A stretch of 64,000 bases of DNA from Candidatus Aminicenantes bacterium (GTDB lineage Bacteria; Acidobacteriota; Aminicenantia; Aminicenantales; Saccharicenantaceae). The position numbers and the translations under genes are program-made. Positions 42,584-53,146 of the stretch are shown piece after piece. The first letter of the stretch is position 1, and the number at the start of each line of letters is the position of its first letter. The notes under the pieces are model-generated. The model was not told the origin of the DNA, searched no databases, and worked only from the letters and a program-made list of their open reading frames with translations. The stretch spans positions 540,470 through 604,469 of the forward strand of contig CAVWFA010000016.1 of NCBI GenBank assembly GCA_963754085.1. The letters run 5' to 3'.

Positions 42584-43582
42584 TCAGAACCTGATCTTGA
42601 TCCCGGCCTGAAGGCTGAAGCCGCTGAGGTCGATCTTCGGCTCCCAGTACTCGGGATTCACGGGATTTCCGGTCTCGACGACGGTAAATGCGGTGATCTC
42701 CGTGGTGTCGACGGTGTCGGTGTGGAGATAGAGCTTCCCCTCGATCTCGAACGGATCGGCGAAACTGAACTCTCCCGTTTCCGTGACGAGCTCGAAGTTC
42801 TTGAGCTTGGCGTAGCGCCCCACGGCTTCGATGAAGAAGCCCAGCTTCGGGGAAAGCATGTACTCGATGCCCAGGCTGCCGTGGAAGCCGATGTCGGCGC
42901 CGCTCCTCTGGCTGCCTTCGATCGTCACTTCCTTCCAACCGCCGTCCCCGGCGAACTCCAGCCTCTGCATCAGCTCGAACTCGACCTGGGCGTAGTAGTC
43001 GGCCCCCGCGTCCGCGGTCAGGTTGAGCTTGTTCGAGAGAGGGGTCGTGAAGAAGAGGCTCAGGCGGACCGGCATGGCCGTGAGCGCCGCCGTGGACTCC
43101 AGGGTCCACTCAGGGCCCGGCTCGCCGCCCGAATCAAGCGGAATAAAAGTCCCCTGAGAGCTGCTGGAATTCTTCATGTAGCCGACGCCGAGGCCGAGCC
43201 CGAGCTTGGGGCTGAGCTGGTAGATGATATCGCCCCCGAAATTGTAGCCGCCGTGGAGAGGCTTGTAGGAGCCCGTGAAGGTCCCAGACCCCTCGTCCTC
43301 GAAGAGCTCCAGCAACTCGAAGTAGAAATCGGAGCCATCGTTCAGGTCGCCGGCCAGGACGTGGGAGTAGCCGCCGTAAAGCTTGACGGACAGCTTCGAG
43401 GCCTTGGCCGCAGGGGGCGGGGCGTCCTGGATGGCCAGGGAGATCCCCTCGAAGTCCTTCGGGTAGATGAAGTCGATCTTGGGCTTTTCCGGCCCCTCTG
43501 CCGCGTACGCCGCCGCTGCGGCGAGCAGGCCGACCGCCAGGAAACCGATGACCAGTCCGCACTTCAAGGTGCGAAAGCACAC
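42584..43582 (-). CDS. Outer-membrane beta-barrel protein, paralog A
   Basis: Signal peptide, amphipathic strands, C-terminal LQAGIKIRF. Confidence 0.8.
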   Translation of the reverse strand: MCFRTLKCGLVIGFLAVGLLAAAAAYAAEGPEKPKIDFIYPKDFEGISLAIQDAPPPAAKASKLSVKLYGGYSHVLAGDLNDGSDFYFELLELFEDEGSGTFTGSYKPLHGGYNFGGDIIYQLSPKLGLGLGVGYMKNSSSSQGTFIPLDSGGEPGPEWTLESTAALTAMPVRLSLFFTTPLSNKLNLTADAGADYYAQVEFELMQRLEFAGDGGWKEVTIEGSQRSGADIGFHGSLGIEYMLSPKLGFFIEAVGRYAKLKNFELVTETGEFSFADPFEIEGKLYLHTDTVDTTEITAFTVVETGNPVNPEYWEPKIDLSGFSLQAGIKIRF

Positions 43583-43650
43583 AGAACACCTCCCCATTAG
43601 AGATCTAACACAATTAACCTAACTGGATGACCGGAAAGAAGCAATCAAAA

Positions 43651-43803
43651 TTGCCGTCGACGGCGACTCCGCCGGTGCCCCGGTTCATCTCGGGCATCCG
43701 GATGGACACCCCGCACCCCTGCCGGTCGATATTGCCCTTCCCCTTGATCTCCTTGGAGCAGGGCAGCTCGCGGTCGGCCCGCCGGACCGGGCGGCCGCCG
43801 GCG
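43651..43803 (-). pseudogene. Decayed duplicate fragment of the beta-propeller gene (matches about 45207-45359)
   Basis: Colinear nucleotide match with scattered substitutions (ttgccgtcgacggcgac..cggttcatctcgggcatccggatggacac..agctcgcggtcggcccgcc). Confidence 0.8.
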
Positions 43804-43837
43804 CGAAACCGCCCGTCCCGGGGGGATTGAGGCCGGT

Positions 43838-44815
43838 TTAGAACCTGATCTTGATCCCGGCCTGAAGGCTGAAGCCGCTGAGGTCGATCTTCGGCTCGCG
43901 GTATTCGGGATCCACGGGATCTCCGGTCTCGACGACCGTGAAGCCGCTGATCTCGTAGGTGTCTATGGTATCGGTGGAGATATAGAGCTTGCCCTCGATG
44001 GTCTCCGGAGTGCCGCCGCTTCCCTCCATTGTCGCCGTGACGAGCTCGAAGTTCTTGAACTTGGCGTAGCGCCCGGCGGCCTCGATGAAGAAGCCCAGCT
44101 TCGGGGAAAGCATGTACTCAAGGCCCAGGCTGCCGTGGAAGCCGATGTCGGCGCCGCTCCGCTGACTGCCTTCGACCGTCATGTCCATCCATTCGTCCGC
44201 GCTGAACTCCAGCCCCTGCATCGCCTCGAGCTTGACCTGGGCGTAGTAGTCGGCCCCCGCGTCGGCGGTCAGGTTGAGCTTGTTCGAGAGAGGGGTCGTG
44301 AAAAAGAGGCTCAGGCGGATCGGCATGGCCGTGAGCGTCGATGCGGCCGTCAACGTGACCGCGTCGAGCTCGTATTCCCAGGTCCCGAGCGAGTCGCTCG
44401 AATTGCTCATGTAGCCGACGCCGAGGCCGAGGCCGAGCTTGGGGCTGAGCTGATAGATGATATCGCCCCCGAAATTGTAGCCGCCGTGGACGGGCTTGTA
44501 GGAGCCCGTGACGGTCCCGTATCCATCGGCCGAATAGGCCTCCAGGATCTCGAAGTAGTAATCGGAGCCGTCGTTCACGTCGCCGGCCAGGACGTGGGCG
44601 TACCCGCCGTAGAGCTTGACGGACAGCTTCGAGGCCTTGGCCGCAGGGGTCGGAGCGTCCTGGATGGCCAGGGAGACCCCCTCGAAGTCCTTCGGATAGA
44701 TGAAGTCGATCTTGGGCTTTTCCGGCCCCTCTGCCGCGGACGCCGCCGCGGCGGCGAGCAGTCCGACCGCCAGGAAACCGATGACCAGTCCGCACTTCAA
44801 GGAATGACTGCGCAC
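43838..44815 (-). CDS. Outer-membrane beta-barrel protein, paralog B
   Basis: Near-identical N-terminus and strands to paralog A; C-terminal LQAGIKIRF. Confidence 0.8.
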   Translation of the reverse strand: MRSHSLKCGLVIGFLAVGLLAAAAASAAEGPEKPKIDFIYPKDFEGVSLAIQDAPTPAAKASKLSVKLYGGYAHVLAGDVNDGSDYYFEILEAYSADGYGTVTGSYKPVHGGYNFGGDIIYQLSPKLGLGLGVGYMSNSSDSLGTWEYELDAVTLTAASTLTAMPIRLSLFFTTPLSNKLNLTADAGADYYAQVKLEAMQGLEFSADEWMDMTVEGSQRSGADIGFHGSLGLEYMLSPKLGFFIEAAGRYAKFKNFELVTATMEGSGGTPETIEGKLYISTDTIDTYEISGFTVVETGDPVDPEYREPKIDLSGFSLQAGIKIRF

Positions 44816-44902
44816 GGAACACCTCCCCGTATGAGATCCAACACAATCAATCTAGACGGATGACCGGAAAAAAACAATCAAAATTTTAGAAGAAGAGCGA
44901 GC

Positions 44903-46107
44903 TTAGCCCTTGATCCGGTATTCCTTGAACTGGGTGCCGCGGAACTTGTCCATGAGGAAGAGCCGGTCGCCGGAGATGAAGATGCCGTCGACGAAGAGAT
45001 CGAGCGGCAGCGAACCGAGCAGGACGCCCTCGGCGTCGAACACTTCGAGCCTGTAGGCGTCGGTCGTCCGCAGCTCCTGACCCTCGCCGCGAACCTGGTA
45101 GCCGATGGTCCGGCCGCCGCTCGAGTCCATGTTCATGGTGACGGCCGTGCCGACCTGCTCCTCTTTCTTCAGCTGCCGGGTCATGCCGACGACCCAGACC
45201 CGGCCTTTGCCGTCGACGGCGACGCCGCTGGCGCAGCGGTTCATCTCGGGCATCCGGATGGACACGCCGCCGCCCTGCCGGTCGACCTTGCCCTTCTCCT
45301 TGATCTCCATGGAGTAGGGGAGCTCGCGGTCGGCCCGCCAGAGCAGGCGGCCGTCGGCCGCGTATTTCTCGATCCGGTTCTGGACCGGGAAAGACGAGAT
45401 AGACCTGGCCGGCGCCGTCGACGGTCATAATGACCTCGTTCCCGCCGTTGTTCACGAGGTCGTCGCCGAAGTCGCGGGGTTCGCCGAACTCGCGCAGGAG
45501 CTTGCCCTCGCGGTCGCGGACCTTGACCAGCTTCGGCAGGGCCGCGGGCTTCTCCTCGTCCTGGTTGATGAGGAATCGCATCCGCGGCGAGCCCTCGACG
45601 AGCTCGCCGCCCTTTCCCAGGAACACGGGCCCGGAGCCCTGCTCCAGGACCTTGAGGGTCTTGTGGTCCTTGCCGTCCGGCGTCAGGACCTGGATGCGCT
45701 GGTTGTTGGGGTCGGAGACGTACAGGAAGCCCTTCTCGTCCACGGCCAGCCAGGACGGGTAGTAGAACTCTCCCGGCCCCTGGCCTTGCCGCCCGCAAGG
45801 ACGCCTTGAACGTGCCGTCCGGACCGAACTTCTGAACGCGGTGATTGCCCGTATCGAGGACGTAGAGGTCGCCGGCGCCGTCGACGGCGATCACGGACGG
45901 CATATAAAAAGCCAGGTTCTCGTCGGCCGTTTCGACGTCGCCGAGCGTGCGGACCGGCTCGAGCGCGATCTTGGGGGTCTTGCCCCAGGCGCCGGGACCG
46001 GAGTTGTGGACGAGCCTGGCGCCCTCGACGGTCTCGGTCTTCTGCCCGGCCGCGAGCGTCGCGGCCAGGACGAACGCGGTCAATATCAGAACGGTCTTTG
46101 CTCTCAT
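44903..46107 (-). CDS. Exported NHL-repeat / 6-bladed beta-propeller protein; two frameshifts (near 45795 and 45390)
   Basis: PSVIAVDGAGDLYVLDTGNHRVQKF; LYVSDPNNQRIQV; three overlapping ORF pieces. Confidence 0.8.
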
Positions 46108-46241
46108 GCGATGTTCTCCTTGTCTCATTAACCGATTATAGGGCGAAACCGTTGCCGCCTCAAACGAACGTCGCCAGGGCGTTTGAACTGAACCCGGTAA
46201 TTCAATATAGTGTCGCCGAAGACGCGCCGGGAGGGACGGAC

Positions 46242-47415
46242 ATGGACGACCGCGGCATCCTCGAGCTTCTGCAGGCGATGGTCAAGGCCCCGAGCCATCC
46301 GGGGGTCCCGAGGCAGGAGGAGGGGGCGGCCCGCGCGCTCGATGCGTACCTTCGAAAACACGGGATCCCCAGCGAGCTCGTCGAGGTCCGCGAAGGCCGG
46401 CCGAACGTCCTCGCGACCCTCGAGGGACGCCGGCCCGGTCCGCATCTTCTCCTCTGCGGCCACTTGGACACCGTCCCGCCCAACGCCGGCTCGTCCGCCG
46501 ATTTCTTCTCCGCCGCGATCGAGGACGGCCGCATGTCCGGCCGCGGCACCGTGGACATGAAGGGCGCGCTGGCGGCCATGGCCGGGGCCCTCGTCGACAT
46601 CCGCGGGTCCGGCGGCCTCGAATCCGGCCGGGTGACACTGGCCGCGGTCATCGACGAGGAGATGGAAAGCCTCGGCGCCGAAGCCCTGATCCGGAGCGGC
46701 TTCAAGGCCGACGGATGCGTCATCGGCGAGCCGACCGAGAACCGTGTCGCCATCGGCCACAAGGGCCTCGAGTGGCTGGAGGTGAGGTTCGCGGGCCGGG
46801 CCGCCCACGGCAGCACCCCCGAGGCCGGCGTCAGCGCCATCGCCGCCGCGGCCCACTTCGCCTCGCTCGTCGAGACCGAGCTCATCCCCGGGTTCGAGCG
46901 CCGGCGGGATCCCGTCCTCGGGCTCCCGGCCATCAACCTGGGCACGATCCGAGGCGGCCAGCAGCCCAGCATGGTCGCCGCGGACTGCCGCATCCAGCTC
47001 GACCGCCGCTGGGTGACCACGGAAACGGTCGACCAGGTCTTCGACGACCTCGAAGAACTCCTGACGCGGGTCCGAGCCGCCCGGCCCGGGCTGAAGACGC
47101 ACCTGGAGCGCATGCCCGAAGGCATGGCCACGATGGTCCACGGCCCGCTCATCATCGATCCCGGCCACGCCCTCGTCCGCGCCGCGCAAGGGGCCCTCGA
47201 GGACGCCGGCATTCATCGATAGCGCTCTGACCGTGTTCCCGGCCTGGACCGACGGCGCCCTCATCTCGCGGGAGGCCGGCATCCCGACCCTCATCTGGGG
47301 GCCGGGCGAGCTCAAGCTGGCCCACTCGGCCGAAGAAAGCGTTCCCGTCGAGGCCATCCTCATCGCGTCCCGGCTCTACGCCGCCGCGGCCCGCCGGTTC
47401 ACCGCGGCCCGCTGA
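46242..47415 (+). CDS. M20 peptidase (ArgE/DapE-like deacylase); frameshift near 47215
   Basis: LCGHLDTVP, GRGTVDMKG, DEE, IGEPT, AH..EES. Confidence 0.88.
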
Positions 47416-47419
47416 GACC

Positions 47420-48799
47420 ATGAAATTCCGGATCCCGCACACCTACGTCCTGCTCATCGGTCTCATCGTCCTGGCCGCCGCCTCGACCTGGATCATTCCC
47501 GCCGGCCGCTACGACCGCGTCGTCGAACAGGGCCGTGAGGTGGTCGATCCGCTGTCCTACCGTCCGGTCGAGGCCCGGCCGGCCGGGATCGGGGCCGTCT
47601 TCCTGGCCTTCCCCCGGGGCCTCCTCGAGATCGCCGGGATCGTCTTCTACATCTTCATCATCGGAGGCGCTTTCGGCGTCCTCAACCGGACCGGGATCAT
47701 CCAGGCCGGGGTCCGCGCGCTCGTCCGAAGGCTCGGCGGCCGGCGGGCGCTCATCGTGCCGCTTCTCACCGTCGTCTTCGCGATCGGCGGCGGAACGATC
47801 GGCATCGCCGAGGAGACGCTCGTCTTCCTTCCGGCGCTCCTCCTCCTCTCCCGCTCCCTCGGCTACGATTCGCTCGTCGGCGGCGGGATCGCCCTGGTCG
47901 GGGCCAATGCCGGATTCGCCGCGGCCTTCATGAACCCGTTCACGGTCGGCGTGGCCCAGGGCATCGTCGGGTTGCCCCTCTTTTCCGGGATGGGTTTCCG
48001 GCTCGGCCTCTGGGCGGTGATGACCACCGTGACCGTCGTCTTTCTCTCGCGCTATGCCCGGCGGGTCGCGGTGGACCCCGCGATCAGCCTGGTGTACGAT
48101 CTCGACCGGGCCCGCGAATCCCTGCCCCGCGAGGACGCCGCCGGGCCGTTCACGCGCCGGCACGCCCTCGTTCTCAGCCTCGTCGCCGCCGCCCTCGCCC
48201 TCCTCGTCGTCGGGGCCATCCGCTGGGGCTGGGGCATCCTCGAGCTCTCCGGCCTTTTCTTCGGGCTGGCCCTCCTCTCCGGCCCGCTCGGGGGGCTCGC
48301 GGGCGACGATACGGTCAAGGCCTTCGTTCAGGGGGCGTCGGACATCACCTACGCCGCCCTGATCGTCGGGCTGGCCCGGGGCACGCTGGTCGTCCTGAGG
48401 GACGCCAGCGTCATCGACACCGTCACCCACGCGCTGGCCCGGGCTCTCGGGGGCCTGCCGCCCACGCTGAGCGCCGTGGGCATCTACTTCGCCCAGAACC
48501 TGCTCCACTTCGTCGTCCCGTCCGGGAGCGGCCAGGCCGCGGTCTCGATGCCCGTCCTGGCCCCCCTCGGCGACCTCGTCGGCGTGACCCGCCAGACCAA
48601 CGTCCTGGCCTATCAGCTCGGCAACGGACTGACCAACGTCTTCATCCCCACCCAGGGTTACTTCATGGCCGCGCTGGGCATCCTGGGCATTCCCTGGGGC
48701 AAATGGGTCCGCTGGCTCCTGCCGCTGCTCGCGGTCTGGCTGGTCATCGGCTGCGCCGCGGTCGTTCTGGCCAGCCTCATCCGCCTCGGCCCGTTCTAG
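47420..48799 (+). CDS. YfcC/DcuC-family transporter (basic amino acid antiporter-like)
   Basis: IPHTYVLL..IPAGRYDR, NPFTVGVAQ..LPLFSG, PSGSGQA..MP..APL. Confidence 0.88.
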   Translation: MKFRIPHTYVLLIGLIVLAAASTWIIPAGRYDRVVEQGREVVDPLSYRPVEARPAGIGAVFLAFPRGLLEIAGIVFYIFIIGGAFGVLNRTGIIQAGVRALVRRLGGRRALIVPLLTVVFAIGGGTIGIAEETLVFLPALLLLSRSLGYDSLVGGGIALVGANAGFAAAFMNPFTVGVAQGIVGLPLFSGMGFRLGLWAVMTTVTVVFLSRYARRVAVDPAISLVYDLDRARESLPREDAAGPFTRRHALVLSLVAAALALLVVGAIRWGWGILELSGLFFGLALLSGPLGGLAGDDTVKAFVQGASDITYAALIVGLARGTLVVLRDASVIDTVTHALARALGGLPPTLSAVGIYFAQNLLHFVVPSGSGQAAVSMPVLAPLGDLVGVTRQTNVLAYQLGNGLTNVFIPTQGYFMAALGILGIPWGKWVRWLLPLLAVWLVIGCAAVVLASLIRLGPF

Positions 48800-48933
48800 G
48801 TGTCCGGGGAGCCGTGCGCGGCGCTCCGCCGGACGCCGTGATTCCCCCTTGACAACGGCCCGAAGACCGCTTAATCTGCCGGACAGACGCTCCCGAAAGG
48901 GAGCTCAAAATCCATGTCGCGAGGGGTACAAGC

Positions 48934-49596
48934 ATGAAGAAAGGTCTCTTGGTCTGTGCGGCTGCCCTGGTTTTAGCGGTCCTGGTCGCGGCACCCGCCT
49001 CGGCGGCGACCAACATCAAGTTCGGCATCAAAGCCGGGGCGTCCTCGTCCAACGTCAAGTGGACCGACGATGCCGGCGATGAGACATCGGTCACCGAGCT
49101 GACGTTCGGCGGTTTCGTCATCTTCGAGCTCAGCCCGACCCTGGCCATCCAGCCCGAGGTCAACTACCTCGTGACGGGCGAAAAATGGGATATCACGGAC
49201 GGAACCAACGTCGAGAATTTCACTTATCTCCACATCCCCATATTGCTGCGGGCCCGGCTCATGAAGGAAGGCAAGTTCGTCCCGGTCGTGTTCGCCGGAC
49301 CGGCGATCGGCTTCCTCTTGAGCGCCAGAAGAAAGGAACTGACGGGCGGTGACTCGGAGAGCTTTGACGTCAAGGAGTTCTTCAAGTCCACGGACTTCGG
49401 CGTTGGACTTCGGCTTGGGCGCGGAGATCGCGCTCGGCAAGATGAAGGCCCTGATCGACTTTCGCTATTACATGGGTTTGACCAACGTATTCACTCCGCC
49501 CCCCCGCTCTACTGTGCCGAAAATATGATGGCCGCCCCCCTGGATTGCACCATGAAGAACGCGGCCTTCAGCCTCACGGCCGGCATCATCTTTTAA
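48934..49596 (+). CDS. Porin-family (OMP beta-barrel_2/PorT-like) protein; probable compensating indels about 49405-49500
   Basis: FGIKAG, AIQPEVNY, YLHIPILL, FAGPAIGFLL, C-terminal F. Confidence 0.8.
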   Translation: MKKGLLVCAAALVLAVLVAAPASAATNIKFGIKAGASSSNVKWTDDAGDETSVTELTFGGFVIFELSPTLAIQPEVNYLVTGEKWDITDGTNVENFTYLHIPILLRARLMKEGKFVPVVFAGPAIGFLLSARRKELTGGDSESFDVKEFFKSTDFGVGLRLGRGDRARQDEGPDRLSLLHGFDQRIHSAPPLYCAENMMAAPLDCTMKNAAFSLTAGIIF

Positions 49597-50935
49597 AGGC
49601 TCCAGCCCGGTCGGTACGGCCGGCGGATGAGCGCCTCGGCCTCCGGGCGTTCGTCACGCGCAGGTTCGCCGCGTCCCAGGCGATCCGCGTGTCCAGGCGC
49701 TTGGCCACATTGCCGAGCAGGCAGATCTCCGTCAGCGGTCCCGAGTACTCGAAGGCGGCGCCAGCCTTCCGGCCCGCCTTCGCGGCCCGGGCCCAGTCCT
49801 GTTCGTGCGAGCCCTCGACGCGGGGGATCGACTTCTCCGGGCGCTTGGCTTCCTGCATCAGCTTCTCGGGGATGATCCGAGGCCCTTCGCCGTAGACGCC
49901 GCACATGATCTTGCCCTTCGTCCCCTTGAAGACGAGCCCGCCTTCAGCGGGCATTGTCCGGCCGTCCTCGAGCTCCTCGGGCCGAGGCGGCCGGGTGCCC
50001 TCGTACCAGGTGAGCTTGACCGGCGGCCGGACGCCTTTGGCCGGGAACCGGTAGGTCACGATGGCCGACAGCGGATGGGTCTCGGGATTGAGGCCGCAGC
50101 TCGTGGCCTCGACCGTCTCCGGGGCGTCGAGCTCCAGGGCCCAAACCGCCGCGTCGAGCGTGTGCGCCCCGCGGTCGCCCATCATGCCCACGCCGAAATC
50201 CCACCAGCAGCGCCAGACCATCGGGTGATAGGCCGGATGATACGGACGGAAGGGCGCCGGGCCGATCCAGAGGTCCCAGTCGAGGTTGGCCGGGACGGAG
50301 GGGACGTCGGCCGGGCGTTCGCCCCACTTCGAGCTCCAATAGGCGTGGCCCCACGGATAGTAGGAGAGGTCGCACCAGCCGTCGACCTCACGGACCTCGC
50401 CGATGAGCCCGGCCCGGACCCATTCGACCACCAGGCGGATCCCCTCGCCGGAGTGCCCTTGGATGCCCATCTGCGTCGTCACCTTCGACGCCTTGGCCGC
50501 CAGCGCGAGCTGGCGCGCCTCCCAGACGCCGTGAGTGAGCGGCTTCTGGGTGTAGACGTGCTTGCCCGCCTTGATCGCGGCCATCGTGATGACCGCGTGG
50601 GTGTGGTCGGGCGTGGCGATGACCACGGCGTCGATGTCCTTGCGCTTCTCCAGCATGACCCTGTAGTCCGTGAAGACCTCGGCCCCGGGGTAGCGCTTGA
50701 TCGTCCCGGCGGCGTAGCTCGGATCGACGTCGCAAAGCGCGACGATGGCCTCAGTCTCCAGCTCGCGGAGGTTGGCCGCGCCCATCCCGCCGACGCCGAT
50801 CCCGGCGATCGCGAGCTTGTCGCTCGGCGGGGTTTGGCCCCGTCCGAGGACGCGCCGCGGGACGAGGGTTAGAAGCGAAGCCGCCGCGCTCGACTCGAGG
50901 AAACGGCGCCGCGTGATCTTTTCCATAAGGCTCAC
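49593..50935 (-). CDS. Tat-exported Gfo/Idh/MocA oxidoreductase; frameshift near 49650
   Basis: TRRRFL, GIGVGGMG, IATPDHTH, KHVYTQKPL, WDLWIGPAP; C-terminal RRPYRPGWSL in another frame. Confidence 0.9.
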
Positions 50936-50954
50936 CTCCGTAACGGGATCCGCT

Positions 50955-52430
50955 CTAGCGGCGGCGGGCGGGCTTCAATGTCCAGAGCTGCAGCCTGGTG
51001 AGCTCGACGATGGGTGACATGTCGAGGTCCGGCTTGTGGACCGGCCAGGTCTTGTAGCCCTCGATCTCGGCGATGATCTTCGGCTCGTTTGTTTGTGGAT
51101 ACGGCTCGAAGGCGGGGACCTCGTACTCGGGGCGCAGCTTGCCCGAGTCCAGGTCTAGATAGACGGCGCTGAAAAGGGCGAATAGCGAACCCGTGCCGAT
51201 GCGCGCATTCCCGAGCTGCAGCGTCGCCGGGAGGGCCCCGTTGGACGTAATAAATTCTCCGGCTTGGCGTGCGAGTCCGTAGACGTCTTCGATCTTCAGG
51301 CGGGCGATCTCCGGGCGGGTCGGCGGCATCTCCATCGGGCCGAGCGGATGGATCACTTCCAGACCCTCCGGAAGCGTCCCGTTCTTCCGATATCCGGCGA
51401 TCGCCCGGGCCAGCCCGGCAAAGGCCTCGGCCGGAGAAAGATCGTCGCTCGGAACGAAGGCCTTGAGCTCGATAGTCTTTCGCGCGAACTTCCGCAGCTC
51501 GTCTCTCGTGATCTGTTCCTTCTGACGCGAGTAGATCTTCATCAGCTCGCGGTAGGTCGTGATCTCGATGTCGTCGCGGCCCTTGAGCCAGCGCATCATG
51601 CGGCGGAAATTCTTTTGCGCCGTGGCCATCGTCTCCTGCGGCCGGAGACGCGGGATGCGCCAGGCCTCCGGGGGCGTGTTCTTCCCGTCGTAGAAGTTCA
51701 GGTCCCAGAACTCCTCGGCCCGGATCTTGGTCGGGTGCCCGGCGAAGAGGGCCAGGACCTGCGACTTCGCGATCATATCCGGCAGCTCGGCCTTGAGCTT
51801 GTCGAAGACCGGTTCGAAGAGGTCGTCCCGGTAGTAGGCGTCGTCGAACCCGGCGTATTGGGCGCTGAAGTTGAGCGAGTTGCAGAACCAGACGACGTCG
51901 TGACCGGGCAGGCTCGCCGGCGAGCCTTGGTACCCGGCTCCGAGCCGGCCCAGGGCCGCGACGAGCTGGGGCCCGTAGGAGCCGCCGTGGCGGGCCAGCG
52001 TGGTCACCGGGACGCCGAAGATGCGCTCGAGCTCCCGGAGGCCGGCGGATTCCTGATCGGCCATGAGCCGGACGCCGCCGTCCCATCCGGCTTTTTCGAG
52101 CTCTTCGGTGACCGTCGGGTGGATCGAGCCGAAGTTGGTGTGACTGCCGATGTCGTGCCGGGCCATGGCCGCGATGACGTCGCCGCGCCCGCGTTTTTCG
52201 AGCCAGCGGGCCTTCTCGCCGATGACGAAGAACGTCCCCGTGACGCCCTCCTCCGTCATCGTCTCGGCCAGCCACTTGGGGATGTCGTCGATGCGCTCGG
52301 ACTCGGGCGTGATGTAGTCCTCGGTGTCGAAGGTCACGACGACGAACGTCTTCGGCCTTCCCTCACGGCCCGGACAAGCCGCCGAGAGCGCCAGAACGGC
52401 GAAGAGTGCAACCAGGGCATGGAAGCGCAT
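50955..52430 (-). CDS. Lipoprotein with NodB/polysaccharide-deacetylase-like domain
   Basis: LSAAC lipobox; VTFDTED, GTFFVIG, HDIGSHT..HP. Confidence 0.72.
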   Translation of the reverse strand: MRFHALVALFAVLALSAACPGREGRPKTFVVVTFDTEDYITPESERIDDIPKWLAETMTEEGVTGTFFVIGEKARWLEKRGRGDVIAAMARHDIGSHTNFGSIHPTVTEELEKAGWDGGVRLMADQESAGLRELERIFGVPVTTLARHGGSYGPQLVAALGRLGAGYQGSPASLPGHDVVWFCNSLNFSAQYAGFDDAYYRDDLFEPVFDKLKAELPDMIAKSQVLALFAGHPTKIRAEEFWDLNFYDGKNTPPEAWRIPRLRPQETMATAQKNFRRMMRWLKGRDDIEITTYRELMKIYSRQKEQITRDELRKFARKTIELKAFVPSDDLSPAEAFAGLARAIAGYRKNGTLPEGLEVIHPLGPMEMPPTRPEIARLKIEDVYGLARQAGEFITSNGALPATLQLGNARIGTGSLFALFSAVYLDLDSGKLRPEYEVPAFEPYPQTNEPKIIAEIEGYKTWPVHKPDLDMSPIVELTRLQLWTLKPARRR

Positions 52431-52597
52431 GGGCAGGCTGATTTTGCGCCCTCTCCTCCCAAGGTGTCAAGGGAATGCGGCTTGACGGAATAATCAGGAC
52501 ATCTTGACGCCCTCTTGACAACTCCGGACGGCCGCCCTGTTATCTTCAGGACCGACCGCATGGATGCTATAATGAGACCGGGATCTGAAGGGGAGGT

Positions 52598-53137
52598 GTG
52601 ACCGTGGTTAGAAAAGCGATAAGCCTGTTCACGCTGGCGGCGTTCGTCCTGATGTCCTCGTCCTGCACGACCATGAAAACGAGGACGGTCGTTACGCCGT
52701 CCGACCTGCCCGGAAAGGGCGCGAAGATCACGAGCGTGATCACGGCGTCCGGGGAACGGGTGGAGTTCTCGCCCTCCGGTCCGGGACGGATCCGCGGGGC
52801 GGTGATCACAGGCACGGCCGCCGCCCGGTATTCGGTTCCGGTCGAGATCCAGGGGCCGTTTTCCTCGATCAAAAGACGGCCCGACGAGAGCGTCTACGAG
52901 GTCACCGACGGCCATGGCCGGGTGTATGCCGTCGTCCGCGTCTCGAACGAGGGAGATACGAAATGGACCATTCTCATCAACGACACGGCGGTCCAACCTG
53001 TTTCCATTCTGTTATCTGAGGTCAAGCAGATCACCTATAGGAAGTCCCGTCCGGCCTTGACCGCCATCGCCATCGCGCTCCCCCTCGTCCTCGGTCTCGT
53101 CCTACTGGCCGGGATCATCTCCGCGGACATGGAATAG
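52598..53137 (+). CDS. Hypothetical lipoprotein with C-terminal TM helix
   Basis: SD GGAGG, MSSSC lipobox, hydrophobic C-terminus. Confidence 0.7.
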   Translation: MTVVRKAISLFTLAAFVLMSSSCTTMKTRTVVTPSDLPGKGAKITSVITASGERVEFSPSGPGRIRGAVITGTAAARYSVPVEIQGPFSSIKRRPDESVYEVTDGHGRVYAVVRVSNEGDTKWTILINDTAVQPVSILLSEVKQITYRKSRPALTAIAIALPLVLGLVLLAGIISADME

Positions 53138-53146
53138 AGGGCTGCG

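Noticed and set aside
43651-45359. Repeat pair as a diversity-generating retroelement TR/VR
   Set aside because: Mismatches are not adenine-specific and no reverse transcriptase is present
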